DNA of 64,000 nucleotides from Desulfomonilia bacterium (GTDB lineage Bacteria > Desulfobacterota > Desulfomonilia > UBA1062). The notes under the pieces are model-generated. The model searched no databases. It saw only the letters and a program-made list of their open reading frames with translations, and was not told where the DNA came from. The translations under genes and the position numbers were made by a program. Each line of letters begins with the position of its first letter. Positions within the stretch are counted from its first letter, which is position 1. Location: NCBI GenBank assembly GCA_050014195.1, contig JBEKDT010000002.1, forward strand, positions 128,001-192,000. The letters run 5' to 3'. Of the stretch, positions 37,772-47,954 are shown piece after piece.

Positions 37772-38809
37772 TCAAACGAAGACCCCTACCATCCTTTTCT
37801 CGATGGTCTCGGCCTCCCTCACGATCCGATCGAACAGTTCCTTGACCGAAGGTTCATCGTGAATCAGGCCGGTACACTGGCCCACCGGCAGCACGCCCTT
37901 CTGAAGATTGCCTTCTTCGGTTGCCAGCTGGAAGGCCTTGGAGGCATTAGCCAGGTAGGCAAGCTGCTTTGCGTTCTTCCATCCGGACAGCAATACGCCG
38001 ATGAACAGCTTGATGAATGGAAGGCGGAGCGTCTTCGCAATATCCTGCGCATTGATGAATGCCGCGGGCAGGTTCAATCCGCGCCGTTTGACACGCTCGG
38101 CCGTATCGGTCTTGAGGACGCGGCACCACAGCCCATCGATACGCTTCGAGTAGAGGGTGTCCGTGACATCCATCTTAATGGATAGGTCTTTGTAATTCTG
38201 GTGAAGGGGACTTTCCTTGGTCGTCATCAGCCTGGTTCCCATTGCGATTCCTTCTGCGCCCAGGGCAATCGCTGCTGCGAGACCCCTCCCGTCAGCAATC
38301 CCTCCGGCCGCCACCACGGGGATAGTAAGGGCATCGACAAGGCTTGGTATGAGGCAGAACGTGGTGACGAATTCACCATGGGCCGCAGCCTCATTGCCCG
38401 TGGCGATCACTGCATCGCACCCGTATTCCTGGGCACGCTTGGCATGGCGGGCACTTACCACGGTGGCCATAACCTTGCCCCCGTATTTATGGGCCTCCTG
38501 CACGATCCAGTCTCCTTTGCCAAGGGCAAAGTTGATCACCGGGACCTGCTCTTCCAAAAGGACCTTTGCAGATTCCTTGGCGCCAGGAAACAGCAGTGAT
38601 GCATTGGCCCCGAAAGGCCTGTCTGTGAGCTTGCGGATTTGCCTTATTGATTCTCTGGTCGTATCCTTGTCAAGGGGGCCTGTGGCGAGAATCCCCAGAC
38701 CGCCTGCATTTGAAACCGCAGCCACCATCTTGGGCACGCTGATCCAGCTCATCCCGGACAGCAAAATGGGGTACTGAGTCCCCAACATCTCGGTAATCCT
38801 GGTTTTCAT
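37772..38809 (-). CDS. Nitronate monooxygenase / FabK-like flavin oxidoreductase
   Basis: MKTRITEMLG, VSNAGGLG, AAGGIADGRG and MGTR. Confidence 0.9.
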   Translation of the reverse strand: MKTRITEMLGTQYPILLSGMSWISVPKMVAAVSNAGGLGILATGPLDKDTTRESIRQIRKLTDRPFGANASLLFPGAKESAKVLLEEQVPVINFALGKGDWIVQEAHKYGGKVMATVVSARHAKRAQEYGCDAVIATGNEAAAHGEFVTTFCLIPSLVDALTIPVVAAGGIADGRGLAAAIALGAEGIAMGTRLMTTKESPLHQNYKDLSIKMDVTDTLYSKRIDGLWCRVLKTDTAERVKRRGLNLPAAFINAQDIAKTLRLPFIKLFIGVLLSGWKNAKQLAYLANASKAFQLATEEGNLQKGVLPVGQCTGLIHDEPSVKELFDRIVREAETIEKRMVGVFV

Positions 38810-38858
38810 ACTACTCCTCCTGGAAGCTCGGTTCGGTTATTGACAAACCAAGTGAACA

Positions 38859-39995
38859 TTAAAATCCTTCCATGCGCGCGATGATCTCGCACATGACTTC
38901 ATCCGCACCTGCGCCGATGGACATGATGCGGGAATCCCTGAAATAGCGTGAGATCAGCGTCTCATTCATGAATCCCATGCCCCCGAACATCTGCAGGCAT
39001 CCGCTTGCCACCTCGGAGATCAGCTGCCCGGCATAGAGCTTTCCCATGGATATCTCTCGGGTGACATCAAGCCCTTTCATCTTCATGCGGACGATATGGT
39101 AGGATAATTGTTTCAGGCATTCATTCTTCATGAGCCACCCGGCCAGCCGGTGCCGCAGCACCTGTTTTGTAATGAGGGGTTTGCCGAAGACAATCCGCTG
39201 CCTCAAATACTGAACCGTCATATCGATCATGTCGCGAACGCACACATAGGTCCCCGGCAAGACTGCAAACCGCTCATGCTGGAACTGCTGCATCTGATAA
39301 ATAAACCCCTCCCCTTCAAAGCCTATCAGGTTCTCGGCAGGCACCGTGACGTTGTCGAAAAAGAGCTCAGCCGTATCGCTGCTCCTCAGGCCCACCTTGT
39401 CGAGTTTCTTGCTCACGGAAAAGCCTGGGAGATTTGTCGGCACTACAAAAAGACTGAACGAATGATACCCCTGATCATCCCCTGAACGCGCGAGCAAGGT
39501 CAGGAAGTCTGCCTGGGTGCCGTTGGTTATAAATGTTTTAGAGCCATTGATTATATAGCTGTCACCATGCTTTACGGCCCGTGTCCTGATGGCAAAGACA
39601 TCGGAGCCGGCATCGGGCTCTGTGACTGCAATAGCCGATACCATGTCGCCCGCGATAGCCGCTTTCAAATATGTCTCTTTCAGGTACTCGCTCCCATGAG
39701 CAGCAATGACAGGTGTAGCCATATTCGTCTGGACGGCAATGGCCGTGGATACACCCATTCCGTGGATATGCCCGATCTCCTCGAGCAGGACGGTCTCATA
39801 CCAGTAGTCAAGACCCAAGCCCCCGTACCGTGTATCATAACGGATACCTAAAAATCCGAGGTCCCCCATCTTTTTGAACAGGTCATGGAGCGGAGCAGTC
39901 TTTTCCTCCCATTCATCCATGGAGGGATTAATTTCCTTGTCCACGAATTTCTTTATAGAAGCCCGAAAAGCCTCGTGTGTCTCGTCAAAATACAT
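38859..39995 (-). CDS. Acyl-CoA dehydrogenase (AtuD/LCAD-like)
   Basis: AVTEPDAGSD, GSKTFITNG, helix-G Glu (FQHER) and IGAGADE; adjacent to atuA. Confidence 0.9.
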   Translation of the reverse strand: MYFDETHEAFRASIKKFVDKEINPSMDEWEEKTAPLHDLFKKMGDLGFLGIRYDTRYGGLGLDYWYETVLLEEIGHIHGMGVSTAIAVQTNMATPVIAAHGSEYLKETYLKAAIAGDMVSAIAVTEPDAGSDVFAIRTRAVKHGDSYIINGSKTFITNGTQADFLTLLARSGDDQGYHSFSLFVVPTNLPGFSVSKKLDKVGLRSSDTAELFFDNVTVPAENLIGFEGEGFIYQMQQFQHERFAVLPGTYVCVRDMIDMTVQYLRQRIVFGKPLITKQVLRHRLAGWLMKNECLKQLSYHIVRMKMKGLDVTREISMGKLYAGQLISEVASGCLQMFGGMGFMNETLISRYFRDSRIMSIGAGADEVMCEIIARMEGF

Positions 39996-40120
39996 CCCGA
40001 CCTCCCCTTTTTCTTAAGCGCCGTATCCGGAGTGAACCCCTTCATCCAGCCACATGGGTAGAGTTGCGAGTATAGCGTGCAATCTCTTAAGCATTAATCC
40101 CTTACCGGTTGCTGCACCTG

Positions 40121-41905
40121 TCAGACAGGTACTATGGATTCCGGCATCTCCACAAGGCGTGCCCGCAGATATTCGCCCAGGGTCTTTGCCTGGGGGTCCA
40201 TACGGAAAGAAGCCGCTGCGCCCTCCCCCAGGATACCCTTGATATAGAAGTTCACGGCCAGCAGATTGGGCAGCTCATAACGGTCGATCTCATAGTCCTT
40301 CAAGTCCAGGAGCATACTTTTAAGCCTTTCTGTGGTCAGAAATTTCTGAAGGAAGGCATATGCATGGAGCGTCTTTGCCCATACACCGAGATTTGCATTG
40401 CCCCCCTTATCGCCCGAGCGGGTTGCAAACACCCGTCCGAACGGTACACGGGTAGTCTTGCCGCCGGGTGCAGCAGGCACATCTATCGTAAGGGGCTTTG
40501 GTGCGACAAACCCTTTCACAGACTTCACGCACTCCACAATGAATTCCTTGTCCTGAACCACTACCTTCTGGTGAATCCGGCTGCTGGAAACAAGTGCCGG
40601 CCAGTACACGATTGCGGGCGTCCCCTTGGCAGGGGGGGCTGTACCGGTAAAGCCGGGGATATTGGCAAGGGCAAGCTCCACGATCTTGGACGAGATCTTG
40701 TCCACCTTTTTCTGGTCCGGGTCGATAACGGTGATGCGCAGATATGCGAAGGCCTCCTCATTTGTATCAGGGTCATCCTTGTTGGACCGGATAAGCTGGA
40801 TCTCGGCCTTCTGGAACTGCCCTTTCCCTCCGAGGGCATCGAAGAGCGCCTCTTCAAGGATGCGGGCCTTCTTATCGATGTCCAGTCCGGTAAGGATCAC
40901 GGTCATGGAGTTTCGATAGCCGCCCAAGGTGTTGATGCAGACCTTTGCCGTGGCGGTTGGTGGTTCCCCCTTGACACCCTCCACTTTTACGCGGTCAGAA
41001 CCTTGCTGGGAGACCCTTATGGTGTCGAAGCGGGCAACCATGTCCGGGGTCAGATAGCGTGGATCGCTGATCTCATAGAGGAGCTGCGCCTTGACCGTAT
41101 CCACCGAGACAAGTCCCCCGGTTCCCGGATGCTTGGTGATGACAAAGGAGCCGTCACAAAAGATTTCCGCAATGGGGAAACCCACCTTTTTGAAGTCCGG
41201 GACCTCATCGATGAATGAATAGTTGCCGCCGGTGGCCTGGGCCCCGCACTCGATGATATGCCCGGCCGTAGTCGCCCCTGCCAGCCTGTCCCACTCATCC
41301 TGCTTCCATCCGTGCCACCAGGCAGCAGGGCCGACTACGAGAGAGGCGTCCGCTATTCGGCCGCCCACCACAATATCAGCCCCCTCTTCCAGGGCCTTCA
41401 CGATTCCCCAGCACCCCAGATAGGCATTTGCGGATATGACAATGGCCTTGGAATCTTTCAGGGCGATCCCCTTGTCCAGGTGGGTTAAATCCTCACCGGA
41501 TGCCTGGAGCTCTGCAAGGCGAGGCATGAGGTCATCCCCCTCGATATAGGCGATTTTCGGGTGCAGGCCCAGCCCGCCGGCGATGCGCGTCAGCTCTGCG
41601 GCAAGCCCCTTGGGATTCAGTCCGCCTGCGTTCGATACCACACGGATCTTTTTATCGAGGCATTCACCCATGATCTGTTCCATCTGCCTCAAAAAGGTCG
41701 AGGCGTAGCCGCCATTTACGTCCTTCATCTTAGTCCTGAAGAGGATAGCCATGGTCAGCTCTGCAAGATAATCACCCGTGAGAAAATCAATAGGCCCACC
41801 CTGCACCATCTCTTTTGCAGCGCTCAGGCGGTCGCCGAAGAATCCGCTGCAGTTGGCGATGGTGACCTTGTCCCTGTTTTTGCGATCATTGACACCCATG
41901 CGCAT
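40121..41905 (-). CDS. Acyclic terpene utilization AtuA family protein (DUF1446)
   Basis: IANCSGFFGD, GDYLAELT, GHIIECG.QATGG, QLLYEI and C-terminal RSGDKGG. Confidence 0.9.
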   Translation of the reverse strand: MRMGVNDRKNRDKVTIANCSGFFGDRLSAAKEMVQGGPIDFLTGDYLAELTMAILFRTKMKDVNGGYASTFLRQMEQIMGECLDKKIRVVSNAGGLNPKGLAAELTRIAGGLGLHPKIAYIEGDDLMPRLAELQASGEDLTHLDKGIALKDSKAIVISANAYLGCWGIVKALEEGADIVVGGRIADASLVVGPAAWWHGWKQDEWDRLAGATTAGHIIECGAQATGGNYSFIDEVPDFKKVGFPIAEIFCDGSFVITKHPGTGGLVSVDTVKAQLLYEISDPRYLTPDMVARFDTIRVSQQGSDRVKVEGVKGEPPTATAKVCINTLGGYRNSMTVILTGLDIDKKARILEEALFDALGGKGQFQKAEIQLIRSNKDDPDTNEEAFAYLRITVIDPDQKKVDKISSKIVELALANIPGFTGTAPPAKGTPAIVYWPALVSSSRIHQKVVVQDKEFIVECVKSVKGFVAPKPLTIDVPAAPGGKTTRVPFGRVFATRSGDKGGNANLGVWAKTLHAYAFLQKFLTTERLKSMLLDLKDYEIDRYELPNLLAVNFYIKGILGEGAAASFRMDPQAKTLGEYLRARLVEMPESIVPV

Positions 41906-41967
41906 CCTCCTTTGTCCTCTAACATCCGTTCAATGTGCTGTGCATTTCTTTTGATGAATCTACTACT

Positions 41968-42067
41968 CCCTCTCCCTTGACGGGAGAGGGTTGGGGTGAG
42001 GGTGATAAAGGCTGAAACAACATGTTCAACCCCCCTCCCCTTAATCCCCTCCCACCAGGGGAGGGGA
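41968..42067. repeat. Inverted doublet of CCCTCTCCC..GGGAGAGGG REP-like palindromes
   Basis: Copies at 41968-42004 and 42030-42067 in inverted orientation; same family as 46585-46695. Confidence 0.8.
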
Positions 42068-42095
42068 TATCAGTCTTTTTTCGAATACATAAATT

Positions 42096-42866
42096 TTATC
42101 TCCCTTTAAAGACTGGCTGCCGCTTCTCGATGAACGCCGTAATGCCTTCCAGGGCGTCCTCGGTGGAGGCCACCTCGGCGATCTTTCCGGACAGGTAGTC
42201 CAGGGCCTCTTCCAGCTTCATGCCTTCAGCTGCATGGAAGGCCTCCTTGCCGATCTTCATGCCGATGGGGCTCTTGGCTGTGAGGCTTTTCAAGACTGCG
42301 TCAATTGCACTGTCCAGCTCTCCTGCAGGCACTACCCTGGTGATCAGACCCAGGGCAAGTGCATCGGATGCCTTGATCCTCTCTGCCAGCAGGATCATCT
42401 CCATGGCCTTCTTCCTCGGTACGTTCCGGAATATAAGGGCACCTATCATCATGGGCCACAGGCCCACATTGACCTCGGGCGTGCCGAACTGCGAGTCGTC
42501 GCCGGCAATGACGATGTCGCAGGCGAGCATGAAACCCATCCCTCCTGCCAGGCAGTATCCCTTCACCCGGGCAACAGTGGGCTTCGGGAATGATGCGAGT
42601 CGCTTCAGGAGCTGTGCATACTTTGCAAACACCTTCTTGCCTTCTGTGGACAGGCTGTCACCCAGCTGTGCACCCGTGCAGAAGGCCTTGTCCCCTGCCC
42701 CGGTGACCAGCACGGCTTTGACATCCGCATCTTTTTCAGCGCTGTCCAGATATTCCAGAAACAGATGTATGGCCTCGGGAGTAATGGCGTTTCTCTGCTG
42801 CTCCCGGTTAATCGTGATATGGGCTACATTGTTTTCCACACGGTAGAGAAGGTGTTCATCCGGCAT
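42096..42866 (-). CDS. Enoyl-CoA hydratase/isomerase (methylglutaconyl/isohexenylglutaconyl-CoA hydratase-like)
   Basis: AFCTGAQL, AGG, FGTPEVNVGL and EGITAFIEKRQP; ATG at 42866. Confidence 0.9.
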   Translation of the reverse strand: MPDEHLLYRVENNVAHITINREQQRNAITPEAIHLFLEYLDSAEKDADVKAVLVTGAGDKAFCTGAQLGDSLSTEGKKVFAKYAQLLKRLASFPKPTVARVKGYCLAGGMGFMLACDIVIAGDDSQFGTPEVNVGLWPMMIGALIFRNVPRKKAMEMILLAERIKASDALALGLITRVVPAGELDSAIDAVLKSLTAKSPIGMKIGKEAFHAAEGMKLEEALDYLSGKIAEVASTEDALEGITAFIEKRQPVFKGR

Positions 42867-43380
42867 CTTTTTTCTCCTCTTCCTTCTCGATATCCACCAG
42901 GATCTGTCCGGGCATGACCTTTTCTCCCTCTGCAACATTGATCTTGAGCACACGACCCTTGAACGGTGCCTGGAGGGTTGTCTCCATCTTCATGGCAGAG
43001 ACCACCACAACACCCTGGCCTTTCTCCACCTCATTGCCCTCAGCCACCATGATGCGCACCACAACAGAGGGCATGGGCGGGGTGACCTCCTGGGGCAGCT
43101 CCTTGAGGCCCCTTCTGCGTGGGCCCGCCTGGGCAAGGGCATCGGCATCCTGGACCAGATAAGTGATGCCCCCCACATTGATGAGCTTTCCTTCTTGATT
43201 ATCTGTCAGGTAGGCGTTTACACCGGCACCGTCCACATCGAGGTGTATCTGGTTTGCCGAGATAACACGGTAATGGGCAATCAGGCTGCGGCCGCTGATA
43301 GTGGCAGTTATTGTCCCTTCATCAGTGAAATCGGCTTGAACAGGTATGTCCTGCCCGGCTATTCGTAAGGTATAGTTCAT
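42856..43380 (-). CDS. Biotin carboxyl carrier protein with N-terminal BT-like region
   Basis: SAMKME biotinylation motif. Confidence 0.9.
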   Translation of the reverse strand: MNYTLRIAGQDIPVQADFTDEGTITATISGRSLIAHYRVISANQIHLDVDGAGVNAYLTDNQEGKLINVGGITYLVQDADALAQAGPRRRGLKELPQEVTPPMPSVVVRIMVAEGNEVEKGQGVVVVSAMKMETTLQAPFKGRVLKINVAEGEKVMPGQILVDIEKEEEKKDAG

Positions 43381-43411
43381 CTCATGTCTCCGTTCTTACC
43401 CGCGTATACAC

Positions 43412-44905
43412 TTATGGCCTGAAATTACCCAGGGTCAGCCATGGAGAAAAGGCCTCGGCATCAGACTGGGCAACAGCAGTGGGTCTCCTGCGGTTCGCTA
43501 CGGCATCCACCACATATGCCAGGGCCACAAGATCAATGCCTTGTATTAAGGGCTGCCATTGAGCAAAATGCGCTTCAATGAAGTCGGTGTATGTTTCACC
43601 CTTGATGAAGGCCTCGTTCGAGAGGATGTCCACAAGGAACGGAATCGGAGTCAGGACACCGAGAATCACATAGTCCTTCAGCGCCCTGATCATCCGCCTT
43701 ATGCAATCCTGTCTATTTTGGGCATGGACAATGAGCTTTGAAAGGATGGGGTCATACTCCACCGGCACGGTGAATCCTGAATAGATGCCGCTGTCGTTCC
43801 TGATGCCCGGTCCCCGCGGCTCCTTGACGAAATGGATCTTTCCCGATGAAGGCAGGAAAGCGCTCAAGGGGTCTTCGGCATAGATGCGGCACTCGATGGC
43901 GTGTCCTCGACCCACGATATCAGCCTGTGAAAGCATCAGTTGGTTGCCCGCTGCGATCTCGATCTGCTGCCTCACCAGGTCGATGCCCGTGATCATCTCG
44001 GTGATTGGGTGTTCCACCTGGAGGCGGGTGTTCACCTCGAGGAAATAGAAGCTGCCGTCCTGGTCGAGCAGGAACTCCACGGTTCCTGCATTCACGTATC
44101 CGGCGGCCTTGGCTGCAGCGACTGCAGCCTTGCCCATTTTATCCCTGAGCGTAGGTGTTAGGGCAGGTGACGGTGTCTCCTCGATGATCTTCTGGTGCCT
44201 CCTCTGGATGGAGCATTCCCGCTCCAGCAGGTGAATCACGTTGCCGTGGCTGTCCGCCAGGACCTGGAACTCAACATGGCGGGGCTTGTCGATATACTTC
44301 TCCAGATAGATGTCTCCGTTGCCGAAGGCGCTCTTTGCCTCCCTGGCCGCAGAGACGCATGCATCGGAAAAATCGCCCGGTTGCCGGACGACGCGCATGC
44401 CCTTTCCCCCTCCTCCTGCAGCTGCCTTGATGAGTACCGGGTAGCCGATCTGGCCAGCTTCACGGGCCAGAACATGAGGATCCGTCTCGGGCTGCATCAT
44501 GCCCGGGATGACGGGCACACCGCTCTTGATCATGGTACGCCTGGCATGGGTCTTGTCCCCGAGATCACGGATAGCCTGGGCAGGGGGCCCGATAAAAACC
44601 ACACCTTCCTGCTCGCACCTCTGAGCGAACAGAGGGTTTTCCGCTAAGAACCCGTAGCCCGGATGGATGGCATGGGCCCCGGTCTGTTTGGCCGCTGCAA
44701 TGATCTTGTCCATGTTGAGGTAGCTCTCCACAGGTTCCGAAGGTCCAAGACATACGGCCTGGTCGGCCTCCAGGACATGCAGGGCATCCCGGTCGGCCTC
44801 AGAATAGACGGCCACCGTCTTGATGCCCATTTCGCGGCATGTTGCAATGATCCGCACAGCGATCTCGCCCCGGTTGGCTATGAGTATCTTGTCGAACATT
44901 GTCAT
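43412..44905 (-). CDS. Biotin carboxylase subunit
   Basis: ANRGEIA, HPGYGFLAEN, GGGGKGM, ERECSIQRRHQK and EVNTRLQVEH. Confidence 0.95.
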   Translation of the reverse strand: MTMFDKILIANRGEIAVRIIATCREMGIKTVAVYSEADRDALHVLEADQAVCLGPSEPVESYLNMDKIIAAAKQTGAHAIHPGYGFLAENPLFAQRCEQEGVVFIGPPAQAIRDLGDKTHARRTMIKSGVPVIPGMMQPETDPHVLAREAGQIGYPVLIKAAAGGGGKGMRVVRQPGDFSDACVSAAREAKSAFGNGDIYLEKYIDKPRHVEFQVLADSHGNVIHLLERECSIQRRHQKIIEETPSPALTPTLRDKMGKAAVAAAKAAGYVNAGTVEFLLDQDGSFYFLEVNTRLQVEHPITEMITGIDLVRQQIEIAAGNQLMLSQADIVGRGHAIECRIYAEDPLSAFLPSSGKIHFVKEPRGPGIRNDSGIYSGFTVPVEYDPILSKLIVHAQNRQDCIRRMIRALKDYVILGVLTPIPFLVDILSNEAFIKGETYTDFIEAHFAQWQPLIQGIDLVALAYVVDAVANRRRPTAVAQSDAEAFSPWLTLGNFRP

Positions 44906-44918
44906 CTTATGTATCTCC

Positions 44919-46535
44919 CTACATCCTGAATATCCCAAACCCCATTACATCGTCCCTGATGGGGGCGTTCAATGCGGCGGATATGGCAAGCCCCAGGACA
45001 TTGCGGGTGTCCGCCGGGTCGAGGACACCGTCATCCCACAGGTTCGATGTGCTGTAGTAGGCATCACCCTGCATCTTGGCGGCATCCACAATGGGCTTCC
45101 GGATAGCCTCTTCTTCCTCGGCAGTCATTGGCGGCAGGCCTGCCTTGGCGTTCTGATCGTTCTTCAGGGTGATGAGCACACCGGCTGCCTGCTCGCCGCC
45201 CATAACCCCGATCTGGGCATTGGGCCACATCCACAGGAACCGGGGCGAATAGGCCCTGCCGCACATCCCGTAGTTGCCCGCCCCGAAGGACGCCCCCACA
45301 ATGACCGTAAATTTAGGTACAGTGCAGGTGGAGACGGCATTGACCATCTTGTGCCCGTCCTTGGTGATGCCGAGCCGCTCATACTGCCTACCGATGATGT
45401 AACCGTTGATGTTCTGCAGGAAGAGCAGAGGAATACCTCGCCTGTCGCAGAGCTGGATGAACTGGGTGGCCTTGAGCGAGCTGTCGGAAAACAGGATGCC
45501 GTTGTTCCCCAGGATCCCCACGGGGTATCCATGTATGTATGCAAAGCCACATACGAGTGTGGGCCCATAGAGCTCCTTGAACTCAAGGAACTCGCTTCCG
45601 TCCACCATGCGTGCAATGATCTCGCGGCAGTCGTAGGGCACCTTCAGGTCCCTGCTCACGATCCCGTAGATCTCTTTAGCGTCGTAGATCGGAGGTTTGG
45701 GCTCGCGCATGGTAAGCCGTGCCTTCTCGCCCTTGGGCAAGGCACTGACGATCTTCCTGACGATGGAGATGGCATGGGCATCATCCTCGGCAAGATAATC
45801 CGAGACTCCTGACTCGATGCAGTGCACCTCTGCACCGCCGAGCTGATCGGCGGTCACCTCCTCGCCGGTGGCGGCCTTGACCAGCGGCGGCCCGCCCAGA
45901 AATATGGCGCCTGTGCCCTTGACATGGACTACCTCGTCGGACATGGCAGGGACATAAGCACCGCCTGCCGTACAGAGGCCCATGACCGCCGTTATCTGCG
46001 GGATGCCCATCTTGGAGATGACAGCCTGGTTGTAGAATATCCTGCCGCCGTCATCGACGTCCGGGAAGATCTCGGACTGGAGCGGCAGATATGCACCGGC
46101 CGAGTCCAGCAGGCTGACCATGGGAAGTCGGTTTTCCATGCAGATGGTCTGGCAGCGAAGGTTCTTCTTGACCCCCATCGGGTAGACGGCCCCGCCCTTG
46201 ATCATGGCATCGCTGGCAACCACAAATACTTCATGGCCTTCGACTATGCCGATACCTGACACAAGACCTGCGGCATGGACCCTGCCGTCATACATGCCCC
46301 TGGCTGCTAAAGGCGCGATCTCCAAGAACGGTGTATTCTTGTCAAGGAGCAAGTCGAGCTTGGTGCGTACAGGCAGTTTTCCCTGGGCCTTCAAACGGTC
46401 GATGTCCTTCTGGGGCCGCTCCTCCCTGGCCTTTTTCAGTTCAGCCTTGAGGTCAGCCACAAGGGCTTCCATGGCCTCAAAGTTGTTCCTGTACCCATCG
46501 GACTTTGTATCGATCCTGGTTTCTATGACATCCAT
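44919..46535 (-). CDS. Carboxyltransferase subunit of methylcrotonyl/geranyl-CoA carboxylase (MccB/LiuB/AtuC family)
   Basis: DSAGAYLPLQ, CTAGGAYVPAMSD, LGGPPLVKAATGE and GAGNYGMCGRAY. Confidence 0.93.
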   Translation of the reverse strand: MDVIETRIDTKSDGYRNNFEAMEALVADLKAELKKAREERPQKDIDRLKAQGKLPVRTKLDLLLDKNTPFLEIAPLAARGMYDGRVHAAGLVSGIGIVEGHEVFVVASDAMIKGGAVYPMGVKKNLRCQTICMENRLPMVSLLDSAGAYLPLQSEIFPDVDDGGRIFYNQAVISKMGIPQITAVMGLCTAGGAYVPAMSDEVVHVKGTGAIFLGGPPLVKAATGEEVTADQLGGAEVHCIESGVSDYLAEDDAHAISIVRKIVSALPKGEKARLTMREPKPPIYDAKEIYGIVSRDLKVPYDCREIIARMVDGSEFLEFKELYGPTLVCGFAYIHGYPVGILGNNGILFSDSSLKATQFIQLCDRRGIPLLFLQNINGYIIGRQYERLGITKDGHKMVNAVSTCTVPKFTVIVGASFGAGNYGMCGRAYSPRFLWMWPNAQIGVMGGEQAAGVLITLKNDQNAKAGLPPMTAEEEEAIRKPIVDAAKMQGDAYYSTSNLWDDGVLDPADTRNVLGLAISAALNAPIRDDVMGFGIFRM

Positions 46536-46584
46536 CGTTTTCTCACCTCATCTTGCTTACTCGATTTATCCCAAAATACTTTCG

Positions 46585-46695
46585 CCCCCCTCACCCTATC
46601 CCTCTCCCGCCAGGGGAGAGGGAACTTAACACCCTCATGTCTGGTTAAATATCCCCTCTCCACCTTTTTAGGGGGAGAGGGCCAGGGTGAGGAGG
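46585..46695. repeat. Inverted doublet of REP-like palindromes
   Basis: CCCTCACCC..CCCTCTCCC..GGGGAGAGGG at 46585-46623 and an inverted copy at 46652-46695. Confidence 0.8.
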
Positions 46696-46773
46696 TACAT
46701 TCTTATTCCCAGCAAAATTGTTACACATTCCTTGCATGTAAACCATCCGGCCTAGTAAATGGGTTAATCCAAA

Positions 46774-47934
46774 TTATGCCTGCACGTACCTGTCCAGCTC
46801 TGTTCGGGAGATCAATGCCCGCTGCATCTCGGATGTTCCTTCACAGATCTCACCGAACTTGGCGTCGCGGTAGAGTCTTTCCATATCGCTGCCTGCAAGA
46901 TATCCATGGCCTGCCAAGATCTGCATCCCCCAGTTAGCGATTTTCGTTACAGCCTCACTGGAAAAGAGCTTGGCACAGGCAGCCAGTTCCTCTGCCCCGT
47001 GTTCGGAGGTATTGAGCGACCAGGCAGCACGCAGGCCGAGCATCCTCCCCAGGTCATTGTTGGTGAACATGTCAGCCAGTTTGAATCCTACATCCTGGTA
47101 CATGCCTATGCGTCTGCCAAAGGCGATCCTGGTCTTGGCATGGTTTGTAGATACTTCCATGCAGGCCATTCCGATACCGACACACAGGGCAGCAATCCCA
47201 ACAGCACCCATAGTCAATATCTTATTTATCTGTCCATAGCCCTTCCCAGGAACACCTCCCAGTATCCCTGCTGCAGCACAGTTCTCCATGGAGACCGAAG
47301 CAATAGGGGCACCCCGCAGACCTAGAGTCTCGATGGGGGCGGCTACTTTTAATCCTTCAGCACCTTTCTCCATGATGAAAATGCTCATACCCTGCTCGGC
47401 TCCGGCATCTTTGTCATTGTATGCAAGAACCAGCAGCACGTCCGCTATGGGGGCATTCACCACGAAATTTTTCATCCCGCTGATAACCCACGTATCACCA
47501 TTTCTTCGCGCCACGGCAGCGATTGCCGCCATGTCGGATCCCGCCTGCTCCTCGGAGTATGCAAAAGCCCCCACCTTCTCTGCCTTGAGGATGGCTGGGA
47601 CATATCGCTGTTTCTGCTCAGGGGTGCCAAGCAGCTTCAATGTAGCGGCGCACAGAAATGCGCTTGCGCGTGCGCTGAGAAACGTTGCCGGACATGCCTT
47701 TGCAATCTCCTCACCGGCAATATAGTGCGCGATAAGGTCCAGGCTGTCGTCTGCATAGCCTGCCTCCAGCCAGCCGGCATTTGCGAGGAGCTTCAGGTTT
47801 TCCTTCATGTATGTGCATGCTTCATTACGCGAGCTTTGGTCGAGCATCTTGGCCCTGGGCGCGATCTGTGCCCGGCAGAAGGCAGCCAGGTCCTGCTGCA
47901 ACTTTATTTCCTGCAAAGAAAGCTGGTAATCCAT
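46774..47934 (-). CDS. Acyl-CoA dehydrogenase (divergent paralog)
   Basis: YSEEQAGSD, GMKNFVVN, RIAFG and RLYRDAK..ICEGTSEMQR. Confidence 0.88.
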   Translation of the reverse strand: MDYQLSLQEIKLQQDLAAFCRAQIAPRAKMLDQSSRNEACTYMKENLKLLANAGWLEAGYADDSLDLIAHYIAGEEIAKACPATFLSARASAFLCAATLKLLGTPEQKQRYVPAILKAEKVGAFAYSEEQAGSDMAAIAAVARRNGDTWVISGMKNFVVNAPIADVLLVLAYNDKDAGAEQGMSIFIMEKGAEGLKVAAPIETLGLRGAPIASVSMENCAAAGILGGVPGKGYGQINKILTMGAVGIAALCVGIGMACMEVSTNHAKTRIAFGRRIGMYQDVGFKLADMFTNNDLGRMLGLRAAWSLNTSEHGAEELAACAKLFSSEAVTKIANWGMQILAGHGYLAGSDMERLYRDAKFGEICEGTSEMQRALISRTELDRYVQA

Positions 47935-47954
47935 TGTCCACCCCCTTTAAGGAA

